Shown here: positions 1 through 10,538 of the stretch, piece by piece
Position numbering within the stretch: the stretch's first letter is position 1
How the letters are laid out: the number at the start of each line of letters is the position of its first letter
Virus record (IMG/VR): IMGVR_UViG_3300018080_000098
Coordinates: 186,001 to 250,000 of that record
DNA length: 64,000 nt
Strand: one strand, 5' to 3'
Translations under genes and position numbers: made by a program
The notes under the pieces: generated by a model
What the model saw: only the letters and a program-made list of their open reading frames with translations
Told to the model about the DNA's origin: nothing
Database searches by the model: none

Positions 1-44
1 AACGATCTCCAGATTACGACGCTCCTACCACGTGGAGAAATTAA

Positions 45-314
45 ATGATGGCCCTACAGAAGAGAGAAGCCCTGGCCGAAATCGACCCCGAAATCCTGAC
101 CTTTCATGGGTTCGATGACGCCCTCATCGGCTACACCGACAGTTGGGGACCTGAAAACTCTCGAGATCTCCGCGCCGTCTACAGCTACGAAAAATGCATC
201 ACCGTCTTGCTGGATGATGGCCTGTCGTACGAGGAAGCTGTGGAGCACCTCGAATTCAACACCCTCGGTGCGTACGTAGGTACGCGGACCCCGGTGGTCG
301 TACATTTGGTGTAA
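45..314 (+). CDS. phage hypothetical protein
   Basis: ORF with GGAG SD; FDDALIG...AVYSYEKC...EAVEHLEFNTLGAYVG pattern typical of a common small phage family. Confidence 0.6.
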   Translation: MMALQKREALAEIDPEILTFHGFDDALIGYTDSWGPENSRDLRAVYSYEKCITVLLDDGLSYEEAVEHLEFNTLGAYVGTRTPVVVHLV

Positions 315-698
315 ATCATGAAAGAAGACAGCTTCCCTGAACGTTTAGTAGAAGCTGCCAGATTGACAGAGCCCATGTTGCGTGAGTACAGCCAATCCTT
401 GGCTGACCGACACGACGCCAGCTTGGAAGGGCTTAAACGGTTGCTTACCAACATACACGATATTGAGCCTGAGTTTGCTCAGGTTGTAGAGGACAATTTC
501 TGGGACTTGGTGTAGTATGCCTACGAAGAACCTCCGCGCACATTACTACTCCGAGTGCCGCATGGGGTGTGGCTTCCTTGTAGGAAACGCAACTCCATTG
601 AAGGTGTGTGCGGTGTGTCGGCAAGAGCTCGAGCTTCCTCCCTGTGAGGCTACTACAGCACCAGAAGTACTAGAAGACGAGTGGAAAGAAATATTACC

Positions 699-1238
699 AT
701 GACTACTATTACCGAAGTATTAGGCAAAGCTGCGTCCTCCCAGAGCAGCGTCATCGGCAAGAACGCGAAGCCTGTAGGTATCACACCCGCTATCGCGCTC
801 ACCAACCCGAAGTTTGCCCACAACGTCGGCGCCGCTCAGCGAGCAGCCTCCTGCTTCGGCGTCCAGCAACTCTGGTTCACCGGCAACAGGGTTTCGCTCG
901 AGCCCGAGAAGGGCCAGCGTCTTCCCCGCGAAGAACGCATGAAGGGATACAAGGACGTCGAGCTCATCCAATTCGACTACTTCTTCGACCAGTTCACGGA
1001 CGTGACGCCTGTTGCTGTAGAGCTCCGGCCCAACAGTGAGAACCTCGTCCACTTCGAGCACCCCGAAAACGCGCTTTATATTTTTGGCCCCGAAGACGGT
1101 TCCATCCCGCAGGTAGCTCTGCGGCACTGCCACCGCTTCGTCACCATACCAACCAGACACTGTGTGAACCTGGCAGCAGCGGTCTACATCATCCTGTACG
1201 ACCGACTGCTCAAACAGACAAGAGAGGGTAGCTTATGA
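699..1238 (+). CDS. SpoU/TrmH-family RNA methyltransferase
   Basis: NPKFAHNVGAAQRAASCFG, YIFGPEDGSI and CVNLAAAVYIILYDR SPOUT motifs. Confidence 0.85.
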   Translation: MTTITEVLGKAASSQSSVIGKNAKPVGITPAIALTNPKFAHNVGAAQRAASCFGVQQLWFTGNRVSLEPEKGQRLPREERMKGYKDVELIQFDYFFDQFTDVTPVAVELRPNSENLVHFEHPENALYIFGPEDGSIPQVALRHCHRFVTIPTRHCVNLAAAVYIILYDRLLKQTREGSL

Positions 1239-1525
1239 GCGAAGAGAAGAAGGGTGACCTGGTAAAAATCGGCGCGTTGTGGACCAACACAGACAGAAAT
1301 GGTAACAGATGTCTCACTGGGAGAATGGGAGACGCTGTCCTTCTGGTTTTCAAGAACCAGTTCAAGCAAGAAGACAAGCAACCAGACTACATTGCATACG
1401 TTGCGCGTCCTACTGAGAAGAAAGAAGACGGTCCGCAAGATTCCAAAGCCAAGTCGCTTTTCGATGGAAATAGCGGCAACCCCAACGTCGTGAACGCGGA
1501 TGACGGTGCAGATATTCCGTTTTGA
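1235..1525 (+). CDS. small ssDNA-binding-like protein (DUF736/PC4-like) with acidic DIPF tail
   Basis: KIGALW...KQPDY motif; C-terminus ADDGADIPF resembles the SSB C-terminal tip. Confidence 0.5.
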   Translation: MSEEKKGDLVKIGALWTNTDRNGNRCLTGRMGDAVLLVFKNQFKQEDKQPDYIAYVARPTEKKEDGPQDSKAKSLFDGNSGNPNVVNADDGADIPF

Positions 1526-2113
1526 TCCATGATTTGTAAAGACTGCAAAACTATCATCGGTTTCGAAGAGGAAACCGATACCACAGATTGCCACGTTTGC
1601 CGCGGTGTGCTCTGTCCCGTGTGTACCAAAGAGGGCGATATATGGTACTGCTATAAATGCGACCTGGTGATTTGTGACCAGTGTGTAACCGTAGTCAGCA
1701 GCGACGCCCACGACGACGACATTGATGACGCATCGGAATCCTACACAGTTTGCCCTCTATGTGGCAGAGAGGTTATGCTGTTTAACGACTATTTGTAAAA
1801 GATACGCCAATGTCGATCACTAAAAAGCAAGCGAAGCTCCTCCAGCTTCCCGTTGTCCGCCTCCTTTGCTGGGACCTCGAGCTCGGTCACCCCCGGCGCC
1901 CCAAACCTAATGAAAGACAGCCCAACATCATCTACAGCCTTGACGACCTCGAAATTTCCACTAAAGTAGTCAAACTTTCAGACAAACGAAAACCGGAAGA
2001 CGTAGTTACTTGCGAGAAGACAGGCCTTCCCCTGCGCCCCGTCTACTGGGACGACCAAGAAGGTAAAATACTACGCGCTATACCTATTAGCTGGCGAGAA
2101 GGTGTTTCCTATT

Positions 2114-2656
2114 ATGAATACCGAGATGCAACCTCCCGAGCTCGGGACTAACTCCACCATCCAGCAAGTTCGTTTCATCTCCGAGAAACGTGCCTACGAG
2201 CTTGAAGGCCACACCTTCCACGGCATGATCTCCATTACCGAACCCAGCCGCACAGCCCCCATCGACAAAGACAAATGGGGCGCCCTCCTGCGCCTCCGGT
2301 TCCACGATATCGATAAGCACCGGCAGAACTATATCCTCTTCAACCACAAGTACGCCAAGCGTATCATCAACTGGTTGAAGGAGAACGAGGACATCCTAAC
2401 CGTTGTGCACGTTCACTGCGCCCAGGGTATCTCCCGCTCCGCCGCTGTAGCCAAATTTATCGCGGAAGTCTACGGGCTCGAGTTTCCCAACACCTACGCT
2501 CTTTACAACAAACACGTTTACGCGGAGCTCCGCAAGTACTACTACAAGTACGACCCGATAGCCGACTCTCCTTTCAGAGAAGAAGCCACGAAGAAATCCA
2601 ACGATCAATACGACATCCGTTTCGCGAAGGACGATAACGACGATGACAACGAGTAA
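2114..2656 (+). CDS. protein-tyrosine/dual-specificity phosphatase-like protein
   Basis: HCAQGISRSAA (CX5R) motif; MISITEP and LRFHDI upstream motifs. Confidence 0.8.
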   Translation: MNTEMQPPELGTNSTIQQVRFISEKRAYELEGHTFHGMISITEPSRTAPIDKDKWGALLRLRFHDIDKHRQNYILFNHKYAKRIINWLKENEDILTVVHVHCAQGISRSAAVAKFIAEVYGLEFPNTYALYNKHVYAELRKYYYKYDPIADSPFREEATKKSNDQYDIRFAKDDNDDDNE

Positions 2657-2934
2657 CGATTTCGACGTAACAGCCCTCGACGATAACACCGTACACGCCC
2701 TCTGGTGTGCTGTCCTGCTCCAGGTAGACGACATCCACATCGACCCTCCCAGCGATGTCTGGGACCGCCTTGAGGAGCTCAAAAATGAGTTGACCAGCGA
2801 GTGGGATAAACGGAACGGCTACGGCGAAGAAGAGGCTTTACTTTAAACAGAATCGAACAGCGTTGGTTGTATCGATGAGCGGGTCACCTTCCCCCGTCTG
2901 GCTCGTCGCTGTCCAGAACTTTCGCTGTTCTTAC

Positions 2935-3008
2935 GGGGCCATAGCTCAATTCGGGAGAGCCCTGGCTTTGCAAGCCAGCTGTTGGGGGTTCGAGTCCCCC
3001 TGGCTCCA
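2935..3008 (+). tRNA. tRNA-Ala(TGC)
   Basis: GGGGCCA/TGGCTCC acceptor with G3:U70; anticodon loop TTTGCAA; TTCGAGT T-loop. Confidence 0.93.
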
Positions 3009-3026
3009 TCTTGTAAAACATTCTGC

Positions 3027-3578
3027 ATGAAAGAAATCTACGAGTTCGTCCGCGATACAGAAGCTGAAATCCAGCGCCGCCTCGGCAAGCCCAATCTCAC
3101 CGTCGAGCTCGTCCCCCGAAGCTGCTGGTGCTCCAACGTCCGCACCGTCGCCACCAAAGACCAGTGGGACACGCTACGCAAAGCAACCTACAAACACTAC
3201 AGCCACCGCTGCGCCGTGTGCGGCGGTAAAGGTCCCAAGTGGCCCGTCGAATGCCACGAGATGTGGCAGTACGATATCCTGCCCAAAGGCAACACACAGA
3301 AGCTCCGATACCTCATTGCCCTGTGCCCCAGCTGCCATGAGGTAAAACATTTCGGGCGAGCTCAAATGGTAGGCCGCGCAGAAGTAGCACTGTCACATTT
3401 GATGGCGATCAATGAGTGGCCTCAAGAAGAAGCCGTGTGGTATCTGCAACAAGTTTCCAAGATTTTTGGGGCCCGCAGCGAAATCGTAGATTGGGCACTA
3501 GACCTCAGCTGGGTAGGCAGCCGCTTCGACATTAAACTCGATACAACACATAGAGGAGGGCACCGTGGAATGGACTGA
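3027..3578 (+). CDS. HNH-like endonuclease
   Basis: ELVPRSCW..NVR, CAVCG, CHEMWQY and LCPSCHEVKH motifs; start moved downstream of the tRNA. Confidence 0.7.
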   Translation: MKEIYEFVRDTEAEIQRRLGKPNLTVELVPRSCWCSNVRTVATKDQWDTLRKATYKHYSHRCAVCGGKGPKWPVECHEMWQYDILPKGNTQKLRYLIALCPSCHEVKHFGRAQMVGRAEVALSHLMAINEWPQEEAVWYLQQVSKIFGARSEIVDWALDLSWVGSRFDIKLDTTHRGGHRGMD

Positions 3579-3847
3579 AACCGATAATCCACTTCGCGTC
3601 AAAGTTACCGCGAAGCTAGGAAGCGCCGACATCGAAGTAGAGCTCAACTGGAACGCCGCATTCTACGTACTCACTGAGTTCGTCAACGGCAGCGACCCCC
3701 AGTACTTCACCGAGGACGCTGTAAACCTTCTCAGAGCTCGAGCTCAGCAAATCCAAGATGCCATCGACATGCGCGATGGAAATGTGTAAACAGCTTCCCA
3801 TCTTGTAAAACACTACAGGAAGACCTTCACCATCACAGGAGAAAACC

Positions 3848-4504
3848 ATGAAACGTATCGCAGCTCCCGCCTTAACTCTTTTCATGCTCGCCACCCTGGC
3901 AGCGTGCCCACCTCCCAACCCTAACGACCCCAAGGCCAAGTACGCCGCAGGGTACACCATCGTCACCTACGGCAAGTTCGTTATCCAAACCGCCCACGCA
4001 GGCTTCAAGGGCTTCGTAGCTATCAAACACAATGAGTGCAACGACCTCGTCTGTGTCAAACTCCACCCCGACAAGAAATCCGAAGCCTACAAAACCTGCA
4101 TGACGCAGGACCACTCCGCCGTCGCAGAGTTCAAAAAGTGCTACGGAAAGCTCGGGCAAGCAGAAGCCATCATCGACAAGGCTGTTCCCCTCTGCCAATC
4201 TATCCTGAATGACATCAAGGATATCCTCGACCTCAAGGTCCAATACGACATCGCCAAAGAATCTGCCACCAAGAAACCCGAGGAGCTCAAGCAGTTCTGT
4301 GATACCGTCTTCCCCGCCAAGTCCGGAGACGAGTACGAGAAGTGCCAGAAGGGCGAGCTTGTCAAAAAATTCGACTACATGGCAGCCTTTAAGGGCCGTG
4401 CCTGTAGCGGCTACTACGCTTTCGCCTTCGTCCCCGCACCGTACAACAAGTACACCGACCCCGTCCGTATGTGGTTCAAGGGCTACGGCGGCAACTGCAA
4501 ATAG
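3848..4504 (+). CDS. Cys-rich lipoprotein
   Basis: MKR + hydrophobic stretch + LAAC lipobox; AGGAG SD. Confidence 0.6.
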   Translation: MKRIAAPALTLFMLATLAACPPPNPNDPKAKYAAGYTIVTYGKFVIQTAHAGFKGFVAIKHNECNDLVCVKLHPDKKSEAYKTCMTQDHSAVAEFKKCYGKLGQAEAIIDKAVPLCQSILNDIKDILDLKVQYDIAKESATKKPEELKQFCDTVFPAKSGDEYEKCQKGELVKKFDYMAAFKGRACSGYYAFAFVPAPYNKYTDPVRMWFKGYGGNCK

Positions 4505-4802
4505 GAGACCACGATGACAATTAAACTAGGCAACAAAGTCAAAGATGCCATCACAGGTTTCACTGGCATTGCCATCTCGAAAACAAAGTACCTGCACGGT
4601 TGCACTCAATGGGGGCTCCGCAGCCAGGAGCTCCACGAAGGCAAACCAATCGCAGTTCAGTGGTTCGACGAGCCACGCCTCGAGGTTCTGGAAGCGTCCG
4701 AACCTGTGCGCACCGAGGGTAGCGATGCGCGTCCTGGTGGACCCCGTTCTACACCTCCCAGTCGCTCCCCTTCAACCGCGGGCTGACTCAAACAAAAAGT
4801 TC

Positions 4803-4831
4803 TTGACAGAGTCCAGAAATTCCTGTACGTT
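4803..4831 (+). promoter_or_regulatory. sigma70-like promoter for the ncRNA/tRNA/SRP cluster
   Basis: TTGACA-17nt-TACGTT. Confidence 0.65.
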
Positions 4832-4844
4832 GGTTGCTGGAAAT

Positions 4845-4988
4845 CCTCGGAAGGTCGATTGGCCGACCGGGGTCAGCGGCCCTGCCCAACCGGTGCTGCG
4901 ATACCACCGAGCAGGAGGCGCAAAGGGCAGTCGCAGCTGTCCGGATGCGTCGGTCTCAGGTTGCCGTATTGGGCGACGTTAAGCGAGG
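4845..4988 (+). ncRNA. candidate structured RNA of unknown class
   Basis: nested pairings CCTCG/CGAGG, GGCCGAC/GTCGGTC, CCGG/CCGG, CTGCCC/GGGCAG between promoter and tRNA. Confidence 0.4.
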
Positions 4989-5010
4989 CTCGCTGAAACT
5001 TTAGTTTGCT

Positions 5011-5082
5011 TGCGGAGTGGAGCAGAGGCAGCTCGCGTGGCTCATAACCACGAGGTCGGCGGTTCGATCCCGCCCTCCGCTA
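5011..5082 (+). tRNA. tRNA-Met(CAT), initiator-like
   Basis: CTCATAA loop; unpaired 1:72; GTGGAGCAG D-arm as in fMet; anticodon stem ends TGG/CCA rather than GGG/CCC. Confidence 0.85.
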
Positions 5083-5085
5083 ATA

Positions 5086-5132
5086 CTCTCGTGAACCCCG
5101 TCAGGGTCGGAAGGCAGCAGCGGTAGCGAGAG
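5086..5132 (+). ncRNA. ffs: minimal SRP (4.5S-type) RNA, domain IV/helix 8
   Basis: GTGAACCCCGTCAGGGTCGGAAGGCAGCAGCGG matches the CAGG-nnn-GGAA-nnn-AGCAG Ffh-binding motif; closed by CTCTCG/CGAGAG. Confidence 0.8.
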
Positions 5133-5145
5133 CTCGCAAAAACTC

Positions 5146-5655
5146 ATGACTAAAAAGTATTTCTACCACGTTTCTCCCAACCACAACATCCACAAAGGCA
5201 CTTCCGCTTCCTGCACTCTCTGCAAACGAGAGAAGGTGCATCGAAAAAAAGCTTCCAAAGCCACCACCAAGACAAGCGGTAAAAAAGGTGGCAAGAAGTC
5301 CAGCAAACGCGCCAAGAAAGTTCGCCACGACAAAGCTACTCCACGCACCTGCTCCGTTTGTGGAAAGAAGATAGACCGGAAGAACAAGAGCGGTCTCTGC
5401 ATCGTTCACTACAACGAACAACGAAACGTCGCCAAGAAAAAGGCCGACGCCTCTCGTAAGCAGTGCAGCATGGAAGGCTGTACCAACCTTCTTGGGCCCA
5501 CCAACCAATCCGGTTTGTGCTTCAAGTGCTTCGCGAAATCAGACGCCTGGAACCAGCGACGCAAAACGCACGGTGAGTGGGTCACCTCGGCTATTCGTGC
5601 TCGAGGTATCAAAGACCCCACTGACGATGCTCCCGAGCCCCCTTCCCGTTCCTAG
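5146..5655 (+). CDS. basic, Cys-rich (repeated Zn-finger-like) protein
   Basis: Lys-rich linker; two C..C...N.SGLC repeats. Confidence 0.55.
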   Translation: MTKKYFYHVSPNHNIHKGTSASCTLCKREKVHRKKASKATTKTSGKKGGKKSSKRAKKVRHDKATPRTCSVCGKKIDRKNKSGLCIVHYNEQRNVAKKKADASRKQCSMEGCTNLLGPTNQSGLCFKCFAKSDAWNQRRKTHGEWVTSAIRARGIKDPTDDAPEPPSRS

Positions 5656-5701
5656 CAAGTTACTCTATGTCAACCACAGTAACTTTTGAAGGAGCTCCAT
5701 C

Positions 5702-6325
5702 ATGGCAGCCGTTCCTGTACTAGACGAGTATCTGATCAACTTTTGGCAGCAGGTCTGCGACATCGCTGTAGACTACAGTGAGGTTGATACGTTTCGAGCA
5801 GACGTTCACGCTCGGGACAAGCTTATCAACGTGCTGTGGAGCACACAGCGTGACGACCTTATCACGTTGTTCAGCGCTGGGAAGACAGCGGCCGACAACA
5901 TCATCGACGCCGTACGAGGAGCTACACCTCGGCCCACTCTCACTACACCTGTAGAAGCGGGCGACATCCCCATCTACCCCTTAGAGTTCTCTGTGTCCCC
6001 GAATTACGGTCAGGTGCTCACGTACTCGTACAACCGCGAGGACTTCAATCCAGACGTCGTCCCTACACCACCTCTTCCTACCTGGTGGTATATCGGCTCA
6101 GACCTATACCGCATGGTCCTGCGTTCCGACGATTACATCCTCAATGCTTCTCCCATCGAAGCTGTATCTGGTACCACTCTGGGTGTGTGGGGGGCTAATC
6201 TGTGCTACGGTGTGATCAGTCTTGAGTTGCTGCACAATGGCTACGCTTCTGCTCGAGCTCAGGCAGAAGCAGCGTCCATCCAGATCGTCTCCATTCTCAA
6301 CGAGAAGTCTCGCAGGAACCGCTAG
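5702..6325 (+). CDS. hypothetical protein, possibly virion-associated
   Basis: 207-aa ORF with AGGAG SD, preceded by AAGTTACTCTAT motif. Confidence 0.5.
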   Translation: MAAVPVLDEYLINFWQQVCDIAVDYSEVDTFRADVHARDKLINVLWSTQRDDLITLFSAGKTAADNIIDAVRGATPRPTLTTPVEAGDIPIYPLEFSVSPNYGQVLTYSYNREDFNPDVVPTPPLPTWWYIGSDLYRMVLRSDDYILNASPIEAVSGTTLGVWGANLCYGVISLELLHNGYASARAQAEAASIQIVSILNEKSRRNR

Positions 6326-6393
6326 CTCCATCCAAAATAGTGTCGCTGAAACAGTTGCTTTCAGAAGCGGCGTCTTGTAAAATACTGTTCACA

Positions 6394-6819
6394 ATGGGCA
6401 CCGATGCAGAAAATAGAGCTTCCTCTATCCTGCTGCCAGGACAGCAGCTGCCACCTGTAGAGATTACTCCACCCGAAACGACGAGCTCAAACTCCAACAC
6501 CACCTGGTCTCCAGCTGCACCAGCGGCCACCTTCTGGGAACAAGTTGTCCTGGACCATCCACTAATTTTTACACCCATTGACGTTGTAGTCCTCCAATTC
6601 AGTGGCCAACAGTTAGAGCCATGGAGCTTGTCTCTACAGGTGAAATATGTAGACGACACCTTTGCGGAAACAATCGTCGACGATGGTACCGGAGCCCTCG
6701 AGAGCCTGAAATTCAGCGCTCGGATGAATTATCAAACAGGCGCCCTAACCGTCTCTGAAGTGGCAGCCTCCATTGAATACATACAAGCCACGTTCCAAAC
6801 CAAACAGGTAGCACAGTGA
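6394..6819 (+). CDS. hypothetical protein with ENRASSILLPG N-terminal motif
   Basis: ATG just after CTTGTAAAATA; motif shared with ORFs at 13721, 14654 and 15094. Confidence 0.55.
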   Translation: MGTDAENRASSILLPGQQLPPVEITPPETTSSNSNTTWSPAAPAATFWEQVVLDHPLIFTPIDVVVLQFSGQQLEPWSLSLQVKYVDDTFAETIVDDGTGALESLKFSARMNYQTGALTVSEVAASIEYIQATFQTKQVAQ

Positions 6820-7712
6820 CAACCATCAAATTCCAGCGTAATGCCCACGACGCGGAAGGCAACGTCCGCAAAGAAGCCCTCACCGATGTAGCAGACAAGG
6901 CTGTGCGCACGGCCACGTTCTCTCTCCATATGGCCAACGGGCACGAAGCGTTGACCTTCTCCGAGCTCGTAGAAGAGCACAGAAAGTACGACAAAGATTG
7001 GCCCGATGAGCCGTTCGGGTACAGCATCCCCGATATGCTGCGCGGTCTAGCAGACCTCGTGGAAGCTCGGTTGATTAGGGTGGTGAAGGAGGATTAAGTG
7101 GAACATTTCTACCAGCTCATCAAATTCCTGTGGACGAAGTATCCCCACTCGTGCGAGACGTGCGGAGCGGCAACCGAAACCATTTCACCGCACGAAGCCA
7201 TGCGCGTCTCGAGTATCGGGACGAGCCACCCTCCGCTGCCATCTTGGGGCTTCAAGGAATTCAAATTTCTCCAATGTGCGAAAGGGCACCTCACGCGCCT
7301 GCAAGCTCCCTTCTCCATTTTGCGGTGGGCCTGTGCACCTCACTGGACTGCCAATTTAGAAGATGACTGAGAAACCTTGGACAGTGTGCGAAAAGGCTTC
7401 CCCGTGCCCACTCTGCCACAAGAAGCCTCTTCATCACCCAGATGGCCTGTGGCTGTATCATACGTGCCCCAAGACACTTGTGTATTGCGATGAACAGCAG
7501 TGGGAAGACTTTGTACGAAGAAACAGAAAACAACGTGCTACCGGTGACCTGCCGAAAATTCCAAAGGAACGATAATGCAACCCTACGGCTTTTCCAAACG
7601 CGACCGCGGCTACGATTGCCCGTGCTGAGATAACACGGAGGACCCGGCCTGGTCCAAGGCCGGAAGGAAAAGAGCTCGACAGGAAGCACGTAAAGCAGCA
7701 AAGACAGCAGCC

Positions 7713-8282
7713 ATGGACCACCAGAAATCAGTCAGCACTAGCAAGTTCCTCAGCCTCGTGCTGCGCCACAAGCCAGAAACCATCGGGCTCCAGCTCGACC
7801 CAGGAGGCTGGGCCGACGTCGACGAGCTCCTGCGTAAGTGTGGTCGAGCTCGCCGCGGTCGAAATATCACACGAGCCGATCTCGAAGAAGTCGTCGCCAC
7901 CAACAACAAAAAACGTTTCGCGTTTAGCGAAGACGGCCGAAAAATACGCGCCAGTCAAGGCCACTCCCTCCCCGTCGACCTGGGCTACGAGCCCATCGAA
8001 CCTCCCGTTCACCTCTGGCACGGTACCGCCCGTCGTTTCCTAGGTAGCATATTTGAGAAGGGTCTGCTCAAGATGAACCGACAACACGTCCATCTTTCCG
8101 CAGACTTTCACACGGCGTACACAGTAGGCCAACGTCACGGCAAGCCTGTTGTGTTCCGTGTGCACGCACTCGATATGTACAACGATGGCCACAGCTTTTT
8201 CCTGTCTGCTAACGAAGTGTGGTTGACAGATCGGGTACCCGTGAGGTATCTGACGAAGGAGCCCGATGGTCATCCAACGTAG
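7713..8282 (+). CDS. kptA: RNA 2'-phosphotransferase (Tpt1/KptA)
   Basis: SKFLSLVLRHKP, KKRF, IRASQGHS, LWHGT, RQHVHLS, NEVWLTDRVP. Confidence 0.93.
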   Translation: MDHQKSVSTSKFLSLVLRHKPETIGLQLDPGGWADVDELLRKCGRARRGRNITRADLEEVVATNNKKRFAFSEDGRKIRASQGHSLPVDLGYEPIEPPVHLWHGTARRFLGSIFEKGLLKMNRQHVHLSADFHTAYTVGQRHGKPVVFRVHALDMYNDGHSFFLSANEVWLTDRVPVRYLTKEPDGHPT

Positions 8283-8561
8283 GGGAGGGACCCATGCAGG
8301 ACTACGACAGGCTCGCCAGCAAGCTGTTCAACGACGCCATGGAAGGCCTATTGATCATCCACCGTACAGCTAGAGACCACCGAATCTCAGCGTTCCTGCG
8401 CGCCGATGACGATCGACTTATCGTTGGTCCCTTCGACGCTGTCTCCGAGAAGATGGCACCCCGTTTCCGCGAACAGCTTGAGAGGCTCGAGTTCGAGCCC
8501 CAGGACAAAGTCAACGCGTGGATTTTCGATACGTCGGTGTTCCGACGGGGAAGGAAAACGG

Positions 8562-8993
8562 ATGGTTAATAGAAGAGGTTTTCTGGCGCTTTGTGGAGCA
8601 GGTGCTGCAGCTGCAGTGCTCCCTGAAATGGAAGCGAGTGGCACTCCCAAAACGAAGGTGTTCATCAATGACATAGATGTATCGAAGTATGTACGTCCTG
8701 GTGCGTACATCACTGTGCCAGAGTACACTTATGCGCAAGAGACAAGTTTGCGCACTTTCTACCAATATCTTGCGCTGCTCGACAGGAGTGGTGCAGTAGC
8801 GCCTGGGATTGGACCTTACTATGATAAGCTTGTCTTTACGAGAACCTATCCAGCAGATAGGCTTATAGTAAGTGGTCGTACTAACATTCCAATGAAGAAG
8901 CTCAGTTCCATGTGGGAGCTTGCTGAACGTGCTGCACAGCATTCATTGCGCCCCTCCGCCGAACGTGCCATGAAGGAGTTCTTCGATGGTTGA
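8562..8993 (+). CDS. protein with twin-arginine-like N-terminus
   Basis: MVNRRGFLALCGAGAAAAVLP. Confidence 0.55.
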   Translation: MVNRRGFLALCGAGAAAAVLPEMEASGTPKTKVFINDIDVSKYVRPGAYITVPEYTYAQETSLRTFYQYLALLDRSGAVAPGIGPYYDKLVFTRTYPADRLIVSGRTNIPMKKLSSMWELAERAAQHSLRPSAERAMKEFFDG

Positions 8994-9154
8994 TGAAAAG
9001 AAATCAAAGGATAGACCTTCGACGATAACTCCCGAGGATATCGAGAAGTCACTGGAGCGTTCCAAAAAGAGCATTCAGTATCTGGAGCCTATTTTGCGGA
9101 ACGTCTTCCGAAAACCACCACCCAAGATTGTTTTGGATTGACAGGAAAACACCA

Positions 9155-9526
9155 ATGAGCCAAGGATTCAACCGAAGAGGATTTTTAACGGCTTGCGGCG
9201 CGGCAACAGTAGCTGCTACGGTCCCCGGAGACAAGACGCAGTCAATTGAACCCGACTTCCATCAGGAGACTGCACGTCGTGTATGGGAAGGTTCATGCCC
9301 TTCCTCCGAAGGAGTAGACGCCAAGAAGTTGGTGTGGGACGAGTCTCAAGGCACCTATGTGCTAAAGTGTGACCTCACTGAGAAAGAACAACAAGAGATC
9401 CTCGACGCCCTCTTCGCCGCTGGCCGCACCGGCAAGCTGAGCGGGAAAATCGTGGTGCGTGAAGGCGTGGACGTACTCCACAAGTTGATAACTACCAGGA
9501 AAATTCCATGGGCGAAAAAGGCATAA
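9155..9526 (+). CDS. protein with twin-arginine-like N-terminus
   Basis: MSQGFNRRGFLTACGAATVAATVP. Confidence 0.55.
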   Translation: MSQGFNRRGFLTACGAATVAATVPGDKTQSIEPDFHQETARRVWEGSCPSSEGVDAKKLVWDESQGTYVLKCDLTEKEQQEILDALFAAGRTGKLSGKIVVREGVDVLHKLITTRKIPWAKKA

Positions 9527-9759
9527 CCAGACGAGGCTTCTTTCGAATCCTCGGGGCTGTAGCTGCTACGGCAGCTGCTCCGAAGCTCCTCGCGAGAGCT
9601 AAGAAGGAAGAGCTCGTCGTCCACGAAGTCAAGCAACTGAAACTTCAGAACCCGCCAGCTTCTGAGTTTGCTGCTTTGGCGGACGTGATTGCTGACCACA
9701 TCTTCGAGACAATGCAGAGGCCGGGCTTCTGCGATCGACTCTGGGGCACCGCGGTGTAG
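9508..9759 (+). CDS. protein with twin-arginine-like N-terminus
   Basis: ITRRGFFRILGAVAATAAAP. Confidence 0.55.
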   Translation: MGEKGITRRGFFRILGAVAATAAAPKLLARAKKEELVVHEVKQLKLQNPPASEFAALADVIADHIFETMQRPGFCDRLWGTAV

Positions 9760-9761
9760 CG

Positions 9762-9965
9762 ATGGCGATTTACGAGTACCTTTGTGACGATTGCCAAGAA
9801 GTGACTGAGCTCGAGCGGAAGCACCTTGAGCGACACGACCCCGTTGATTGTAGTCACTGCGGTTCCCGAAAGACCAGCTTGACAATATCGAAAAACTCGT
9901 TCACGTTGGAAGGGAGTGGTTGGGCTACTGATGGGTATAAGGGGCGAAGGACGACAGTGAAATGA
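9762..9965 (+). CDS. FmdB-family zinc-ribbon protein
   Basis: MAIYEYLCDDC...CSHCGS...FTLEGSGWATDGY. Confidence 0.8.
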   Translation: MAIYEYLCDDCQEVTELERKHLERHDPVDCSHCGSRKTSLTISKNSFTLEGSGWATDGYKGRRTTVK

Positions 9966-10538
9966 CCAACTACAAAGATTACCGCTTCGACGTAGAACTT
10001 ACAGTTTCCGACCAGGCCAACCCCGACGATCTAATTTTTCAGATAGATGACGAAGCCGCAGCCGCCGGTTGGATAACCTACGCCGTGGGCGATCCGCGTT
10101 CTCTATACATCCAAATTGTTGGGGACTCAAACGAGATAACACCTCGCGGCAGAGACAGTTTTTGCAAGTGGCTAGCTGCCCTAGACGGTGTAACTCGCTG
10201 CAGGTCCACTGGAATCCATAGCGTCCGCGCAGACGCCCCACCATTCGTGCACGACTACACATGCGGACCAGGTTAACCTTTAATAGAAAGGAGCCCAACC
10301 ATGGCCAACATCATTTACGCTCTCCCCGTTTCCTGCAGCAACTGTTCCCACGTCTTCAACGTTCCGCTCGACATCCGTCGAGTTACCACGGGTGGGGAGC
10401 TCGACGTTCTCAGGCTCAATCCAACCGGTCAAGTGGAACTCGACTTCGTGGAGCTCGGAGAACTCCCCACCGAGTGCCCTAACTGTGGGGAACCGTTCTC
10501 CTGATGCCCATCCGGTCAGCTACTTTTACACGTGCTTC

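Noticed and set aside
2855-2930. Hairpin upstream of tRNA-Ala (GAACAGCG/CGCTGTTC)
   Set aside because: Single copy with no recognisable motif; could be just a leader structure.
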